From an uncultured Planctomycetaceae bacterium (GTDB lineage: Bacteria; Planctomycetota; Planctomycetia; Isosphaerales; Isosphaeraceae): DNA of 64,000 nucleotides. Below, one piece after another: positions 1-16,132 of the stretch; the stretch's first letter is position 1; every line of letters starts with the position of its first letter. Below the pieces are notes generated by a model, which saw only the letters and a program-made list of their open reading frames with translations, was not told the DNA's origin and did no database searches. A program made the position numbers and the translations under genes. The stretch spans positions 2,752,001-2,816,000 of the forward strand of contig CAWIAD010000002.1 in assembly GCA_963833985.1 (NCBI GenBank), given 5' to 3'.

Positions 1-234
1 AGGAACCTCGTGTTTTTCATCGATGAAGGCGCGGGTTTGCGACCGCGAGTTGGTGGCCACAGGCGCCGCCGAGGACGAAGGCAGGGGGGCGGGTGCCGAG
101 CCGGTCACCGGCGTGGCTTGCTGCTTCGGGCTCGACGCGGGCCTTGCCGCAGAGCTCGGCGGATTTCTCTCCTCTTCGCACCCGCCGCAAAGCACGATCA
201 GGACCCAGGCACTCGCTGCGCCGAATGATCGCAT
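1..234 (-). CDS. Putative lipoprotein, N-terminal part (runs off window start)
   Basis: Own translation from ATG at 234: MRSFGAASAWVLIVLCGGCEEERNPPSS..., hydrophobic stretch and lipobox-like CGGC, then Pro/Ser-rich linker; open to position 1. Confidence 0.6.
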   Translation of the reverse strand, partial: MRSFGAASAWVLIVLCGGCEEERNPPSSAARPASSPKQQATPVTGSAPAPLPSSSAAPVATNSRSQTRAFIDEKHEVP

Positions 235-401
235 GGCATGAATCTCACGTTGATTCGAGTGGAACGGACGTGGAAACATCGGACGCTGGACAGGGATGTT
301 GACACGTTGGACGTACGAAGATACCCGCCACATCCCGTGGAAGGCAAGGACAACTCTCATGCATGCCTCCTGGCAACGGAAGGCTGCCAATGACCGTGTG
401 G

Positions 402-2384
402 TCACTCCAGGCCGGCCACGGCGTGGCGGATGGCGGTGGCGATGCGGTCCAATGATGCTTCGGAGGTGCAGAAGGGGGGCATGGCGTAGAGCACCGAGCC
501 GAGCGGGCGCAGCAGCACGCCGTGCTCCAGGCACGCCGACCGCAACTGGGTGCCCACGGGTGCGAGGTAGCCGCCGGAGAGATTGAGCTCGACGGCGGCG
601 ATGATGCCGCGAATGCGGATCTCGCGCACCAGCGGGTGCTCACGCAACGGCTCGAGGGCGCTGGTCCAGAACGCCTCCATGCGGCTTGCCGCCGTCGGTG
701 GGGCGGAGGTGAGCAGCTTCCAGTTGGCCACGGCGACGGCGCAGGCCTGGGGGTGGGCCGTGAAGGAATGGCCGTGGAAGAAGGTGCGGCTGCGGTCTGC
801 TGTCTCCCAGGCGGCCACGATCGACGGCGCGGCGAGCGTCGCCGCCAGCGAGAGTAAGCCGCCGGCGAGGGTCTTGGCCGCGCAGATGAGATCGGGCGCA
901 ATACCCGCGGCCTGGTGGGCCCAGAGCGTTCCCGTGCGGCCGCCGCCGGTCATGGCCTCGTCGGCGATGAACAGCACGCCGTGCCGGTGCGCCGCTTCGG
1001 CCATCGCGGCCAGCTCCGCGGGCGAGTGCATGCGCATGCCCCCCGCGCCCTGCACCAGCGGCTCGACGATCACGGCGGCCACCTTCCCCGCGTGCCGCGT
1101 CAGGGCGTCGTCCAGCCGCTCGGCGACCGGCGGGACCATCTCGGCCTGGAAGAGCAGGGGCTCGAACCGGCCGAAGAAGAGCGGGTCGCGGCCGACCGAC
1201 ATCGCGCCGAAGGTGTCGCCGTGGTAGCCTCCTTCCAGGCCCAGAAAGAGCGTGCGGCCGGGCTCGCCCTGGTGGCACCAGTACTGGTAAGCCATCTTCA
1301 GCGCCACCTCGACCGCCGTGCTGCCGTTGTCGGAGTAGAACACGTGCCCGCCGGGCCAGGGCGCCGTGCTCAGCAGCAGCTCGGCCAGGGTGACGGCGTG
1401 CGGATGGGTCACTCCCGCGAAGTGGACGTGGTCGAGCTCATCCGCGGCCCGGTGGAGCGCCGCCATGAGTGCGGGAGGGCGGTGCCCGTGCAGGATCGTC
1501 CACCACGAGGAGATGCCGTCGATGATGCGCGTGCCATCGGCCAGCTCGAGGAATTCGTTCTCGGCCGCCACGGCGACCAGGGGTGGGACCGGGTCCCGGA
1601 GCGAAGTGTACGGGTGCCAGACGAATTGCCGATCGGCGGCCAGAACCTGCTGGGCATCGCAGCGTTCGCGATCCGGGAGGCGCGGTGGCGCGGAAAGTGC
1701 GCTCCCGGCGCAGACCGAGGGGCCTGCCGCGGTCTGTCTGGCGAGCAGGGCCCGCAGCGCGTGCAGCACGGCGGACTGCCCGCGCGCCGAGGCCGCCACG
1801 CCCGCTTCATCCCAGGTGGGAGGGAACTCCAGGTGGAAGCATGCCGCGTGCGGGGCGTGGCGGCCGATCTGCTCCAGCGCGAAGAAGTCGGGGGGGCCGA
1901 TGAGGATGACCGCCCCGGGATGGACGCCGTGCTGGTGCAGGGCGTTCAGGCATTGCAGCGTCCGGCCGATGGCGCCGACGGCCGACGAGCAGGTCAAAAC
2001 AGTGGGAAGCCGAAGCGCGTGGATCAGTACGAGTTGCAGTTCCGTCTCGTTCAGGGGCGAGAAGGGGCTGCCGAAGGTCTCGACGAGCAGGTGGCGCCGG
2101 GGGAATTGCAGTTGCGGCCGGCGCGCGGCGATGATATCCGCACGGGGGATCTCGCGGCCGGCCCCGCGCGCGGCCAGCAGCGGCGCGACGGGCTGCTCGA
2201 ACCGCTCAAGTGCAGGATGAACATGCGCTGCCGGCAGGCAGCGCCGGATGCGCTCTGAGTCCGGGTCGCCGGTCTCCAGGGGCTTCCAGTACTCGTAGTC
2301 TTCCGGGAATGCCGCCAGCCACAAAAGCGCGAGTGTGGTCTTCCCCTGGTCGGTATCCGTGCCCATGATCAACAGATCGCTCAT
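402..2384 (-). CDS. bioD-bioA: Fused dethiobiotin synthase / adenosylmethionine-8-amino-7-oxononanoate aminotransferase (BioD-BioA)
   Basis: N-terminal GTDTDQGKT P-loop and YWKPLETG (BioD); C-terminal VWHPYT, DGISSWWT, YSDNGSTAVEVALK, YHGDTFG and PLP lysine in CAAKTLAGG (BioA). Start placed at MSDLL within ORF 402..2555. Confidence 0.92.
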   Translation of the reverse strand: MSDLLIMGTDTDQGKTTLALLWLAAFPEDYEYWKPLETGDPDSERIRRCLPAAHVHPALERFEQPVAPLLAARGAGREIPRADIIAARRPQLQFPRRHLLVETFGSPFSPLNETELQLVLIHALRLPTVLTCSSAVGAIGRTLQCLNALHQHGVHPGAVILIGPPDFFALEQIGRHAPHAACFHLEFPPTWDEAGVAASARGQSAVLHALRALLARQTAAGPSVCAGSALSAPPRLPDRERCDAQQVLAADRQFVWHPYTSLRDPVPPLVAVAAENEFLELADGTRIIDGISSWWTILHGHRPPALMAALHRAADELDHVHFAGVTHPHAVTLAELLLSTAPWPGGHVFYSDNGSTAVEVALKMAYQYWCHQGEPGRTLFLGLEGGYHGDTFGAMSVGRDPLFFGRFEPLLFQAEMVPPVAERLDDALTRHAGKVAAVIVEPLVQGAGGMRMHSPAELAAMAEAAHRHGVLFIADEAMTGGGRTGTLWAHQAAGIAPDLICAAKTLAGGLLSLAATLAAPSIVAAWETADRSRTFFHGHSFTAHPQACAVAVANWKLLTSAPPTAASRMEAFWTSALEPLREHPLVREIRIRGIIAAVELNLSGGYLAPVGTQLRSACLEHGVLLRPLGSVLYAMPPFCTSEASLDRIATAIRHAVAGLE

Positions 2385-2553
2385 CGTGAACCCCGCACTG
2401 GCATACGGCGTGGTCCCGGGCCCGTCCGATGCGTGACGGAACTCCAGGGTAATTCGCGAGTACTGATTGTCGAGCCGGCTTGCCGGTTCGTAAAATGAGT
2501 TTGCTGGTGCGGTGGGAAAGGTGCAAGTGCCCGAAACGAAAGGCCAGGCCAGC

Positions 2554-3933
2554 ATGCTTCAACGGGGCCGTAAGCGGAAAGCGTGGGAGTGCGGGGCGGT
2601 TGCGCTGGCGGCCTGGCTGCTGGCCTGCGCCCAGGCCCGGCCAGACGTCATCGAGCTCAGGGGCGGAGGCGAGATCCAGGGAAAAGTGATCGCCGATCCC
2701 GCGAAGCCGGAAACGGTGCAGGTGCTGCTGCTGAAGGGGAAGAACCCGCTCACGTTCCAGAGCAAGCAGATCCTCAAGGTGATTCCCAAGGCCAGCCCGC
2801 TGGACGAGTACCTGCGCCGCAAGCAGCAGATGTCGGCCACGGCACCGGCCGAGCACGAAATGGGCCTGTGGTGCGAGCGGAACGGGCTTCCCGACCTGGC
2901 ACGGGCCCACTTCGAGGCGGCGATCACCCAGGATCGTGCTTACGAGCCGGCACGCAAGAAGCTGGGCCATATCCAGATTGGCGACCAGTGGTTCTCGGCC
3001 GACGAACTGCGTCAGATGCAGGGAATGGTGAAGTACAAGGGGCGCTGGATGACCGAGGAGGCACGCGCCAAGATCGAGGAGACCGCGCACCTGACCGCGA
3101 ACCAGGCGACCTGGGCGCGGCGCATCAAGATGCTCCGGCAGGCCATCGTCACCGGTCCCGACGATCGACGCCGGGAGGCGGAAGCCGAGCTGATGCGGAT
3201 CCACGAGAGTGAGGCCGTGCATCCGCTCGTGAAGGTGCTGGGCAGCGACCTGGCGCCCATTCGCACCATGCTGGCGCACGTCCTGGGGGCGATTTCCGCC
3301 AAGGAGGCGGCGCGGGGCCTGGCGGACATGCTGCTGGCCGAGCCCGAGAACGATGTCCGGATCGTGATCCTCGACGAGCTCAAGGCCAAGGACGACCCGG
3401 GCGCCGTACCGTACTTCGTCAAGGCGTTGCGGACCGGAAATGTGAAGGTGGTGAACCGGGCCGCGTGGGCCCTGGGGAACCTGGACGCCGTGGCTGCGGT
3501 GCCGCATCTTGTAGCGGTACTGCTGACCAGCGAGGACCGGATGATCATGGTCCCCGAGACCCAGGGAGCGAGCTACACGGCGGGGCTTGGCCCGGGCCCG
3601 GCGCTCATGGCCATGGCGCCCACCGCCCTGGCGTACCTTTCGCCGCCGACCGTGGGGCCGGGCGTGGTGGCCTACGGTGCCTTCGTCACGCCGTACTACG
3701 GCCCGGACCAGCTTCTGGGCGGGGGGGGCGGGATGCTTGGCGTGGTGCCTCCGCCCAGCCGTTCGCCCTCGCCTCGCGTGGTCACCTACACCTATGAGAA
3801 CGTCGAGGTCCTGGCCGCGCTCGTGAAGCTGACCGGTCAGGATTTCGGTTACAACACCGGCGCCTGGCGGCGATGGATCAACACCTCGTTCAATCCTAAT
3901 CCGATGCCCGTCCGGCAGATTCCCCAGCCCTGA
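2554..3933 (+). CDS. Secreted HEAT-repeat protein
   Basis: Signal peptide, DVIELRGGGEIQGKV, HEAT-like repeats (VNRAAWALGNLDAVAAVPHLVAVL), C-terminal LVKLTGQDFGY. Confidence 0.75.
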   Translation: MLQRGRKRKAWECGAVALAAWLLACAQARPDVIELRGGGEIQGKVIADPAKPETVQVLLLKGKNPLTFQSKQILKVIPKASPLDEYLRRKQQMSATAPAEHEMGLWCERNGLPDLARAHFEAAITQDRAYEPARKKLGHIQIGDQWFSADELRQMQGMVKYKGRWMTEEARAKIEETAHLTANQATWARRIKMLRQAIVTGPDDRRREAEAELMRIHESEAVHPLVKVLGSDLAPIRTMLAHVLGAISAKEAARGLADMLLAEPENDVRIVILDELKAKDDPGAVPYFVKALRTGNVKVVNRAAWALGNLDAVAAVPHLVAVLLTSEDRMIMVPETQGASYTAGLGPGPALMAMAPTALAYLSPPTVGPGVVAYGAFVTPYYGPDQLLGGGGGMLGVVPPPSRSPSPRVVTYTYENVEVLAALVKLTGQDFGYNTGAWRRWINTSFNPNPMPVRQIPQP

Positions 3934-3967
3934 GCCGCGCCCGGCGGCCTGGTGGAAAGGTCTTCAC

Positions 3968-4975
3968 GTGCACGGTGATGAGCAGGGGCAAGAGCAGGGC
4001 CAGGGCGGAGATTCGGCCGGAAGATTGATTCGCGAGCTGCGGCAACGGCTGGAGGGCCTGCACCGCGCGGGTGTGCGCGACCTGCCGCGCACCAGCCTGC
4101 CCTTGCTTGCAAGGGCGAATCGAGCCGCGCGTGGTCAGGTTGCCGGGAATGCGGAGCCGGCCAGCGTTGCCATGCCGCAGCCCGCGGCGCGGCCGCCCGC
4201 GGCCAGCCCGCCACCCGCGGGGCGTTCCGCGGAACTGCCTGACGCGGCCCCGATCGTGAAGGAGCCCGCGCGGCCGCCCGCGGCGCCGCCGGCTCGCGCT
4301 GCGGCTCCCCCACCCGTGCCTTCCCGACCCGTTGCCTCGCTCTTCCAGGAGCCGGGCTTCGAGACGCCGCCCACGGACCCGGCGGAGCGTCCGCGGGTAC
4401 TGCGCGTGCTGGCCGACGAGGTGGCCGCCTGCCGCAAGTGCGCCCATCTGGCGGCGAGCCGGACGCAGACGGTCTTCGCCGACGGTTCCGCGACGGCCCG
4501 GCTGATGTTCGTGGGCGAAGCGCCGGGGGCCGAGGAGGACCGGACCGGAATCCCGTTCGTCGGCCGCGCCGGTCAACTGCTCACCGACATGATCACCAAG
4601 GGCATGGGACTGAACCGCCAGGACGTGTACATCGCCAACATCCTCAAGTGCCGGCCTCCCGAGAACCGCTTGCCCACCGGCGAGGAGTGCGCGAACTGCT
4701 TGTCGTATCTGGAACGCCAGATCGAGATCATCCGGCCCGAGTTCCTCTGCCTTCTGGGGCTGGTGGCCGCGTCCAACTTGCTGGCGACAACGCTGAGCGT
4801 CGGCAGGCTGCGCGGTAAGTGGCACCGCTACCATGGCATCCCCACGCTGGTCACCTACCATCCGTCCTACCTGCTCAGAACCCCAAGCGCGAAGAAAGAG
4901 GCATGGGCGGACTTGCAAATCTTGATGAACGCGATGGGTGTGCCCATCCCGTCGCGAACCAGGGGCCAGGCCTGA
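3968..4975 (+). CDS. Uracil-DNA glycosylase family 4 with Pro-rich N-terminal extension
   Basis: CRKCAHL Fe-S cysteines, [41 protein letters not shown]. Confidence 0.93.
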   Translation: MHGDEQGQEQGQGGDSAGRLIRELRQRLEGLHRAGVRDLPRTSLPLLARANRAARGQVAGNAEPASVAMPQPAARPPAASPPPAGRSAELPDAAPIVKEPARPPAAPPARAAAPPPVPSRPVASLFQEPGFETPPTDPAERPRVLRVLADEVAACRKCAHLAASRTQTVFADGSATARLMFVGEAPGAEEDRTGIPFVGRAGQLLTDMITKGMGLNRQDVYIANILKCRPPENRLPTGEECANCLSYLERQIEIIRPEFLCLLGLVAASNLLATTLSVGRLRGKWHRYHGIPTLVTYHPSYLLRTPSAKKEAWADLQILMNAMGVPIPSRTRGQA

Positions 4976-5149
4976 GGCGCGCCCGCGACGGCTTGCAGCA
5001 CCCCCGCGCAGGGGCGGGAACCGCGGCGCACCCTGCCCGCGGCGCGGCCGATTCGCACAACCTGCCCTGCTGCGCGCGTATGATGGTAGTAGGCCGCGTG
5101 CTCATCCACGCCGTGGGTTTGCCTGGCCCCAGGACCGAGATACTCATTC

Positions 5150-7119
<1,970 letters not shown>

Positions 7120-7203
7120 CGTGGTAGCTCGCGGTCGCCGATTGCCGATTGCCGGCTGCCGCGATTCCGACCCTGGCGGCCAGGGCTGCACGCCCGAGCG
7201 TGG

Positions 7204-10430
<3,227 letters not shown>

Positions 10431-10436
10431 GAGCCC

Positions 10437-11132
10437 TCACTCGATCGGCTTGATCCAGATGTTGCGGTACTGGACCGGGTTGCCGTGGTCCTGCAAGAGG
10501 ATCGGGCCGTCGTGGCCCTCGGGTGTTCCCATACCGCCCGGAGTGGGGGAAATCTGCGCGTCATCGATGATCTTGATGCCGTTCTGGATCACGGTGATGC
10601 GCGCTTTTTGCGCGACCTTCCCGTCCGCTAGCTTGGCCTTGTGGAAGGTGATGTCGTAGGTCTGCCACTGGAGCGGGGGCTTGCAGGCGTTGACCGCCGG
10701 CGTGACCTGGTGGTAGATCGAGCCGCAGTCGTTGTCCTGGCTCTTCTGGCCATACGAGTCAAGCACCTGGAGCTCGTAGTTGCCCGTCAGGTAAACGCCG
10801 CTGTTGCCCCGGCCCTGGCCGTGTGCGCTGGGCATGTAGGGAATGTTGAACTCGACGTGCAGCTCGAAGTTCCCGAACGGCTTGTCGGTCATGATATCGC
10901 CGCCGCCAACCGTGAGGATGCCGTCGGCGAACTTCCAGTGCGCCGGCGTCTTGCTTGCCGCGCCAACCCAGCCTTCGAGACTTCCAGAGCCAAGCAAGGC
11001 GATGGCACCGGCCGGCGGCCTGGCGCCCAGGGTGGCGTCACCAGGCTGCTGCGGGGGCTCGGCTGCGGGCGCAATGGTCACGGCGAAGGCGGTGGCGAGT
11101 CCGAGGATGGCTGTCAGAAGCGGCAAACGCAT
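10437..11132 (-). CDS. DUF1080 / 3-keto-disaccharide hydrolase family secreted protein
   Basis: Signal peptide; FGNFELHVEF, GNSGVY, YELQVLDS, WQTYDITF, LQDHGNPVQYRNIWIK. Confidence 0.9.
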   Translation of the reverse strand: MRLPLLTAILGLATAFAVTIAPAAEPPQQPGDATLGARPPAGAIALLGSGSLEGWVGAASKTPAHWKFADGILTVGGGDIMTDKPFGNFELHVEFNIPYMPSAHGQGRGNSGVYLTGNYELQVLDSYGQKSQDNDCGSIYHQVTPAVNACKPPLQWQTYDITFHKAKLADGKVAQKARITVIQNGIKIIDDAQISPTPGGMGTPEGHDGPILLQDHGNPVQYRNIWIKPIE

Positions 11133-11316
11133 GGTGAGTTTCCTCCGGAAGCAACGTTCAGCGCGGGGCGATCCCAGCATCGATCATGAGCAATTCCCGT
11201 TTCTTCTCTCGCCTGCCAGTGTACCCTGGTGGAACCGGAACACAAGCTGCCCGCGCCCCGGGGAGCAGGGCGAATGAACAGTATGATCCCGCGATGCGAC
11301 CCACGCGACGAAAGGA

Positions 11317-12087
11317 GTGACGATGTGCCCGACGGACCGCCCTGACGACGAGCCAATCTCGGACGCCGAGGATCCGGCGTCGAACGACACCGGCGTCTGG
11401 CCGCTTCCGCCGGTCCTCGATGCCGCTCCCGCCGGCTCTTCCCTGGATTCGCAAGATCAGGCCGTCTGCCCCGAAGACCGGAACGACGCGCGGGCGGGCT
11501 CGAAGGAAATGCCCGCGCGCGGAGGTCACGAGCCGGATCGCACCCCAGAGCTTCCCGCTGACTCGGCACCGCGCATCATCGCCGCGATTGGCCAGCTTGA
11601 AAGGCTGGTGGAGGACCGGCTCACCGCCCTGCAAACGCTCTTCGACCGCGAGGTCCGCGCCGAGGCGACCCGCGAGCGGATCGTCGATCGGCTGCACGCC
11701 GAACTACAGGATTACAAGCAGGATCTGCTGCTGAAAGTGCAGAGGCCGATCTTTCTGGACCTGATCCAGCTCCACGACGATATCGGCAAGATGATCGAGG
11801 CCCAGCCGGCCGGCGATCTCGACCAGGCCGAAGCCATGCGCGGGACCCTGGAGTCGATCCGCACCGCCATCGAGGACACGCTCTATCGCCAGGGAGTCGA
11901 GCCATTCCAGAACCAGGGGGACGAGTTCGACCCGCGCCGCCAGCGATCGGTCAAGACCCTGCCGACGGACGACCCCGAGCGCAACAAGGCCATCGCGTCC
12001 CGGCTCCGGCCTGGCTTCCAGTCCGGCGACAAGGTCATCCGCCCCGAGATCGTGGCCGTGCACGTCTTGAGGAAAGCCGCGCCGTGA
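11317..12087 (+). CDS. grpE: GrpE-family nucleotide exchange factor
   Basis: Coiled-coil then GVEPF..GDEFDPRRQ and RPGFQSGDKVIRPEIVAV C-terminal motif. Confidence 0.8.
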   Translation: MTMCPTDRPDDEPISDAEDPASNDTGVWPLPPVLDAAPAGSSLDSQDQAVCPEDRNDARAGSKEMPARGGHEPDRTPELPADSAPRIIAAIGQLERLVEDRLTALQTLFDREVRAEATRERIVDRLHAELQDYKQDLLLKVQRPIFLDLIQLHDDIGKMIEAQPAGDLDQAEAMRGTLESIRTAIEDTLYRQGVEPFQNQGDEFDPRRQRSVKTLPTDDPERNKAIASRLRPGFQSGDKVIRPEIVAVHVLRKAAP

Positions 12088-12183
12088 CGCGCGGGTTCCT
12101 GCAAGGCCGCGGGAACCGCCACCGGAGTGCGACTCCGGCGCAGGCTCCCTGCATCGTTCATGTGCCGGCCCCGGCCCCTGGCC

Positions 12184-14572
12184 TTACGGTTCGATGCGAT
12201 AGACGGTCCCGGCCAGCTTGACGGTCACCGGCTCGGCGAACGTGAGGTACTGGTTCAGCTCGGCGGATTGCGACCGCGACAGGGTGAAGAACTCGTCACT
12301 GAACTGGCGGATCTTGCGCGCACGCGTTTCCTCAGCCGGCTGCACGGTCGAATCCACCCAGTGATTGTCCTTGAAATAGAACGTCTTGGAGCCAAGCTGG
12401 CGAAGCCTCGTCTGGACATTCCGGGCCAGTTGCTGTGCCTCGCTCAGAGGTTCGCCCGGCTGGCTGGCAGGAGACGCGGTAACGTTGAGCGCGGGCACGG
12501 CCTGCTGCGCGGGAGCCGCACCTCGACTGTCGCTGTGCCCGTACCCGTAACCGCCCACGCCGGCAGCCTTCGCGGGGGCCTGGACCTGGCCGTTCTGCGT
12601 CATCGCGCCGCCCATCATCCGGCCGCCGACGGAGCGAAGGATGAGGTCGGTCTTGCCCAGCATCTTGGCCTCCTGGCTCTGCGCCGCGGAGTCAGCCTGC
12701 ATGTACGACTGCTTCAGGTCGCGCTGCGCGACGCCGAACTCGCCGCTGACGGAGTTCAGGGCGTCGAGGGATTCCCTCGTCCGCCCGGCATTCTCGAGCG
12801 CCGCATGGAGCGGCACGCGCTCGTCGGCCAGGAACGCCGTGTAGGGGGTGAGGATGCCGTAGCGGGTGCTCAGGCTCACCAGCTCGTCGACCAGTTCCCG
12901 GTTCTGTCCGGACATATCGATCTGGTCGATCAGATACCCCACACGGCGCGTGGCCCAGAGCCGCTCCACGAACTCATGTTCGCTGCCGTGGCCGGTATCG
13001 GCCAGCTCGGCCGGGAACTCGAACGTCCTGCGCTCACCGCCGACCTTCCCCGTGATGCGGATGGTCGTCCTGCCGGGCTGGCGATAGCGGCCCACCCAGA
13101 TGATTTGCCCCCCCTCGAAGAGATCGGGCACGTCCCCGGGGTAGGTCCGGTTGACGTCGATGCCCGAGAGCTCGACGCGTGGCCCGGCCAGCACGGGGCT
13201 GGTCATCTTGCCGTAGAAGCGGCCCACGTGGGCCTCGATGTCTTCGTCGGGCTTGACGTACTCGCTGGTGCCGCTGTTGCCTCCGCTCAGCCGGTCGAGG
13301 AGCCGGGCGTTGACGTCGTAGCCCACGCCGAAACAGAACAGCCGCGCCCGATTCCGGTTAGCGTGCCGGCAGTTGTCCGCAATCTTCAGCTCCTGAGTCT
13401 CGCCGCTGGTGGGCAGACCATCGGTCAGGAAGAGGATGTAACTGGGCCGGGAATCGTCCCGCACCTGTCCGAGGGCTGTGTCAAGCGCCGCGGCGATGTT
13501 GGTCGAGCCGCCCTCCCGGATGTTGTCGACGAACCGCTCGGCGTCCCGGCGCGACTGCGGTCCGTAGCGCTCCAGCTCGGGCCGGTAGCTCTCGACGCGG
13601 TCATCATAGACGACAATGTTGAACAGGTCGTCATCCCGGAGGTTGTTGAGCACCGATTTCAGGGCGTTGCGCCTGCTCGATCTTCTTGCCGGCCATCGAT
13701 CCGGAGCGGTCGAGCACGAAGATGACCGTCTTGGGCAGGGGCCGGCTGTCGGCCGCCTTCACTTCCGGGCTGGCCAGCAGCAGGAAGTAGCCGTCGTCTC
13801 CGGAGCTGGGCCGATAGCTCAGGAGCGATGCCCCGACTGTCCCGTCGCCGAGCCCGTAGATCAGCCGAAAATCATTGGTTGGCACAAGATCGCGCCGTTC
13901 CAGGCTGACCCGCGCCTGATGATCGCCCGCACGGTCGATGCGCGCGTCGTCACCCGGACAGTAGACCGACTTGATGGCGTTCCGGCTCTCCAGCAGCACG
14001 TGCACCGCCAGCCGCTGGACCGGCCTGGCCGTGAACCTGGCGGTACTCAGAGGATAACTGAACTCGACCAGGTCGCGGTCGCGGCGACAGAGCTGCGTGT
14101 AGCGCATCGTCACCTTGCGGTCAGCCCCCGGAGGAATCGGGAAGACACTCGTGCGGTAGAGCCCCCGCCCCATGTATTCCAGGAGGGCCGGGTCGCGCCG
14201 GGCGCGGACGATTTCCTCGTAGATCCGCCGCGCCTCGTCCTTGTTCATCAACCGTCCGGGCAGCTCCTTGCCGTCGACCAGCAGCACAAAGTTCTGGACG
14301 GCCCCATCTTCGGGCAGAGGGAAAAGGAACTCCGACTCGATCGGGGCGGACCCCGGGTTGTGAAAGGTCTGGGAGATCTGGACCTCGGCAACCTGGTCGC
14401 GCACCCGGGCGTCGATGCTCACCTCGCGGATCTCGTACGATCGTCCCACCGGAACGGTCCGGCGCTGATCGACAATGAAACCCTGCGACCGGGCTGGCTG
14501 GCCGGAGCCGAGCACAAGCAGGGTCGTTCCCACCGCCCACACGCTCCATCCTCGAAACTCGCGCGCATTCAT
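12184..14572 (-). CDS. Secreted VIT + VWA domain protein, frameshift near 13670
   Basis: VIT (QTFHNP, EFLFPLPE, YEEIVR..RDPALLEY), MIDAS VLDRSGSM, GGSTNI, FLTDGLPT, FGVGYDVN, ERLWATRRVGYL. Confidence 0.88.
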
Positions 14573-14740
14573 GGCCGTTTCGCTCCTCGGTTCTGCCGCT
14601 GGTCCCGTACCCGCTGATACCGCTTCCCACCAGTTAGACGGCCGAAGCGTTCGGTCCTGAGACAAGCAGCAAGATTTCTCGAGCCGAAACGCCCGCGAAC
14701 GTCCCCTATTTCGGACTTGCGAGTGCCATGGAATGCCTTC

Positions 14741-14833
14741 AACCACAGAGAGCACAGAGAATGCAGGAAATAAGAATCAAGGACGTTTGAATTGTTCTTC
14801 TCTTCCTCTGTGTTCTCTGTGCTCTCCGTGGTT
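14741..14833. repeat. Intergenic inverted repeat (ACCACAGAG family, REPIN/MITE-like)
   Basis: AACCACAGAGAGCACAGAGA (14741-14760) vs TCTCTGTGCTCTCCGTGGTT (14814-14833): 19/20 complementary, AT-rich spacer. Confidence 0.8.
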
Positions 14834-14950
14834 AGTTGCCTTGGAGGTTTTGCGCGGACCATCTGGCTTCGCACTTGAGTCGACATTCCATGCCGACCCA
14901 AAAGGACATGAGCACGATGCCAGGCGCTGCCGACCGCGCGCGACGCCAGG

Positions 14951-16132
14951 TCAGATCGTGATTTGCAGGCCCGGCAATGACTTGAGTAGCCGCCTGATCC
15001 CTTGGGGCGTGACCTTCGTCTTGCCGAGATCAAGGGACTTCAGCATCTTCAGCCCCGTGAGCAACTCCAGCCCCTTGTCCGATATTTGGGTATAGTTTAA
15101 ATCCAGAGTCACCAGGCTTCTCATCTTGCCCAGGTGCACAAGCTCCTCGTCGTTGATCGGGCAGGAGCCGAGGTCGAGCTCGCGAACTTGAGGCAGCTTC
15201 CCGAGTTGAACGAGCCCGGCGCTCTGCAACTTGCAGAACGAAAGGTTGAGGAAAGCCAGCGCGGACAGGCCGCTGAGCTCGGCGAGACCGTCTCCTGAAA
15301 TCTGCGTGCCCGCGAGGTTCACGGAGTGAAGTTGCTTGAGCGTTCTGAGGTGCGGTAGTGCACGGTCCGTGATATGGGTGTTGCCGAGGTTGAGCACTTC
15401 CAGATGCGTAAGCGGCTCCAGGCCCACGAGTCCATCATCACTCACCCGGCTGCTATCGAGCGAGATGGACTTCAGGCCGGCCATGCCGGCCAGGTTGGCC
15501 AGACCGTGCCCGTCGATGGCGGTGCCGTTGAGCGACAGGGACGCCAGCTTCGTCAGACCGCGGGGAGCTTCCTGTCCCCCGTCGGAACCCGTCACCCGGA
15601 AAAAGACCAGTGCCTTGTCGCTGATTCCCGTGAACCCGAGGTCCAGTGCCCGCAGCGATGACATGCTGGAGATCCTGGCCAGCCCTTCATCGCCCAGAGG
15701 TGTGCACTGCAAGTTCAAGACCTGGAGCCGGTGCAGCGTGCCGAGACGCAGCAGCCCGGCACCACGAACCCGGGTGGACATCAGGTTCAGGCTGCGCAGC
15801 TCGGAAAGCTCGCTGATCGGGATGATGTCCTCGTCAGTGACCGGCGTCTCCAGGAGACTGAGATATCTCAGGTGGGGCAGTCGGCCCACGGCCCTGATGC
15901 CATCGCCGTCGACTTCGCTGAACGAGAGATCGACCCTGATGATGGGCTTGTCCGGAAGCGTCTCATCAATCCGATACGACCCGGCGCAGTCCGCAATCTC
16001 GGCGATGGCTTGCTCCTGCCCGGTGCCAAAAAGCTCGAGCCGCATGTTCTTGCAAAAATGGGAGATGGAGCTGCCGAACAGCGCGACTGGCAGGAGTGCC
16101 AGAGGGGCACTCCGGAGGATTCGCCACTTCAT
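14951..16132 (-). CDS. Leucine-rich repeat protein
   Basis: Repeated LxxLxxLxLxxTxIxDxGL units; C-terminal TKVTPQGIRRLLKSLPGLQI; GAGGA RBS upstream. Confidence 0.88.
   Translation of the reverse strand: MKWRILRSAPLALLPVALFGSSISHFCKNMRLELFGTGQEQAIAEIADCAGSYRIDETLPDKPIIRVDLSFSEVDGDGIRAVGRLPHLRYLSLLETPVTDEDIIPISELSELRSLNLMSTRVRGAGLLRLGTLHRLQVLNLQCTPLGDEGLARISSMSSLRALDLGFTGISDKALVFFRVTGSDGGQEAPRGLTKLASLSLNGTAIDGHGLANLAGMAGLKSISLDSSRVSDDGLVGLEPLTHLEVLNLGNTHITDRALPHLRTLKQLHSVNLAGTQISGDGLAELSGLSALAFLNLSFCKLQSAGLVQLGKLPQVRELDLGSCPINDEELVHLGKMRSLVTLDLNYTQISDKGLELLTGLKMLKSLDLGKTKVTPQGIRRLLKSLPGLQITI

Noticed and set aside
12127..13725. Long antisense or alternative-frame ORFs (also 915..2258, 24511..26217, 47183..48730, 54799..56751, 58892..60088)
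   Set aside because: Stop-poor shadow frames expected in high-GC DNA, overlapping well-supported genes
14695..14712. GAACGTCCCCTATTTC as another copy of the Y1 end motif
   Set aside because: Only the GTCC core matches; no partner and no stutter
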